Shown here: positions 62,816 through 64,000 of the stretch, in pieces | Layout: the number at the start of each line of letters is the position of its first letter | Position numbering within the stretch: the first letter of the stretch is position 1 | Source of the DNA: Bigelowiella natans CCMP2755 | Lineage: Eukaryota > Protista > Cercozoa | Length of the DNA: 64,000 bases | Assembly (NCBI GenBank): GCA_000320545.1 | Contig: ADNK01001088.1 | Coordinates: 1-64,000, forward strand | Reading direction: 5' to 3' | Program-made: the position numbers and the translations under genes | Notes under the pieces: model-generated | What the model was told of the DNA's origin: nothing | Database searches by the model: none | The model's input: the letters and a program-made list of their open reading frames with translations, nothing else

Positions 62816-62958
62816 TCAGAGACAGACAGGAGACGAAGAAGAAGCATCATGCCAGAGGGACAACAAACGAGTTCGTAGTTGCAGCTGTACGAGCACTCCG
62901 AGCAGACTCATTGCCAGCTGGGCCGACCGATGGCTCGCTTGTCTAAGAATGCGCTCTT

Positions 62959-63010
<52 letters not shown>

Positions 63011-64000
63011 ACCCCACCCCTCTTTCATTCGTTAGCATAGTGCGCTGATTTGTTGCTCGGGACACCTGCGATTGCGTATCTTAGCTCGGCGCTCTGAGGA
63101 AGCAGCCTCTGTTTTCTCTGACTCGCAGAGATATTGACGGGGGTGCTCTGGGCCGTGCTCGACTAATGTTCGAGCAGCAAGCAAGAAAGAACCCACCGGA
63201 GGCATTGGAGCAGGGGCAGGTGTCAATTGACAATGTCATTATCGCTTCAGATGTAGTTTGGTTGCTTTGCTGCGAGGAGTGAGAATTGTATGCTATCTTT
63301 TTATTTAAATCTGCATGTGAATGTATGATTTCTATTCAGGTGCTTGCGTACAAAGCGAAGGTGTCGAGTAGATTTGAAGCTGAATGGATACTGCCGAAGG
63401 ACGAACAGATGTAAATTGCGCACCAGCTTTAGTTAGCAACATCTCATCGTCATCCAACTGAAGCTGTGTATGGCCCAACCCCCCCACCTCCTCAGAATCG
63501 AGTCCGTAGTTATATACGCTCATGGGTAAAATAGAACCATGTAACCTCATAACTACCATTTATTCTTGACTGAACCCATTCCAATCGCAGGGGAGGATTC
63601 GTGGCTGGATCGCATCATATTGTAATAATGTACCTTGTCTTTGATTGGAGTGGAATCGGACTCGAATATTTTGTTGTACAATCATACAGAGTCGGAGTAT
63701 TGCATGCGAAATAGCTCTCAAGAGTAAGGTGATGATTGCCTTCCCCCTTCTTCACTTCTTCACTTCCTCACATTTTCTTCTTCTTCTTCTATTTCTTCTA
63801 TGATTCTGTTGGTGAGCACAGTGTACCGCCGTTCTTAACGTGAACTATCGACTAGCCCCTGAGTACCCATTTCCAGCTGCACCGAAGGATATCTTTGAGG
63901 TAAACAGAAATGGGTGGACACTGAATCACCGACCTGCACACACACATACACACACACACATACTGTCCGCAACACGAACACGACTGGTGTCCCTTGATTC
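62816..64000 (-). CDS. Possible 3' exons of an unidentified gene extending beyond the window
   Basis: Minus-strand ORF pieces (63332-63545, 63032-63240, 62816-62962) separated by SSR-containing intron-like spacers; no motif recognized. Confidence 0.3.

Overview
Intron-rich eukaryotic nuclear DNA with microsatellite-laden introns. Several N-terminal signal-plus-transit leaders suggest an alga with a secondary plastid, most like a chlorarachniophyte (inference). About 13 genes: C2-PTEN-like phosphatase (-, 3'-truncated), UTP7/WDR46 (+), a bacterial-type '3-methyladenine glycosylase'-family protein (-), SH3/coiled-coil protein (+), a plastid-leader alpha/beta-hydrolase + CYTH (thiamine-triphosphatase-like) + SET fusion (+), a large hypothetical protein (+), cyclin Y (-), RRM/RS protein (+), enolase (-, 1-nt frameshift as assembled), kinesin-13-like (+), GNAT (-), kinase-pseudokinase-SAM-PH (+) and a possible gene 3' end (-). 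The most striking signal is a set of intergenic islands (14.6-16.0, 21.2-21.9, partially 62.1-62.7 kb) where TpA is almost gone except in CTAG/TAG context and TG/CA are abundant. This pattern fits a localized TpA->TpG/CpA hypermutation, the reverse of fungal RIP, that spares A followed by G. Exon boundaries and counts were made by eye.
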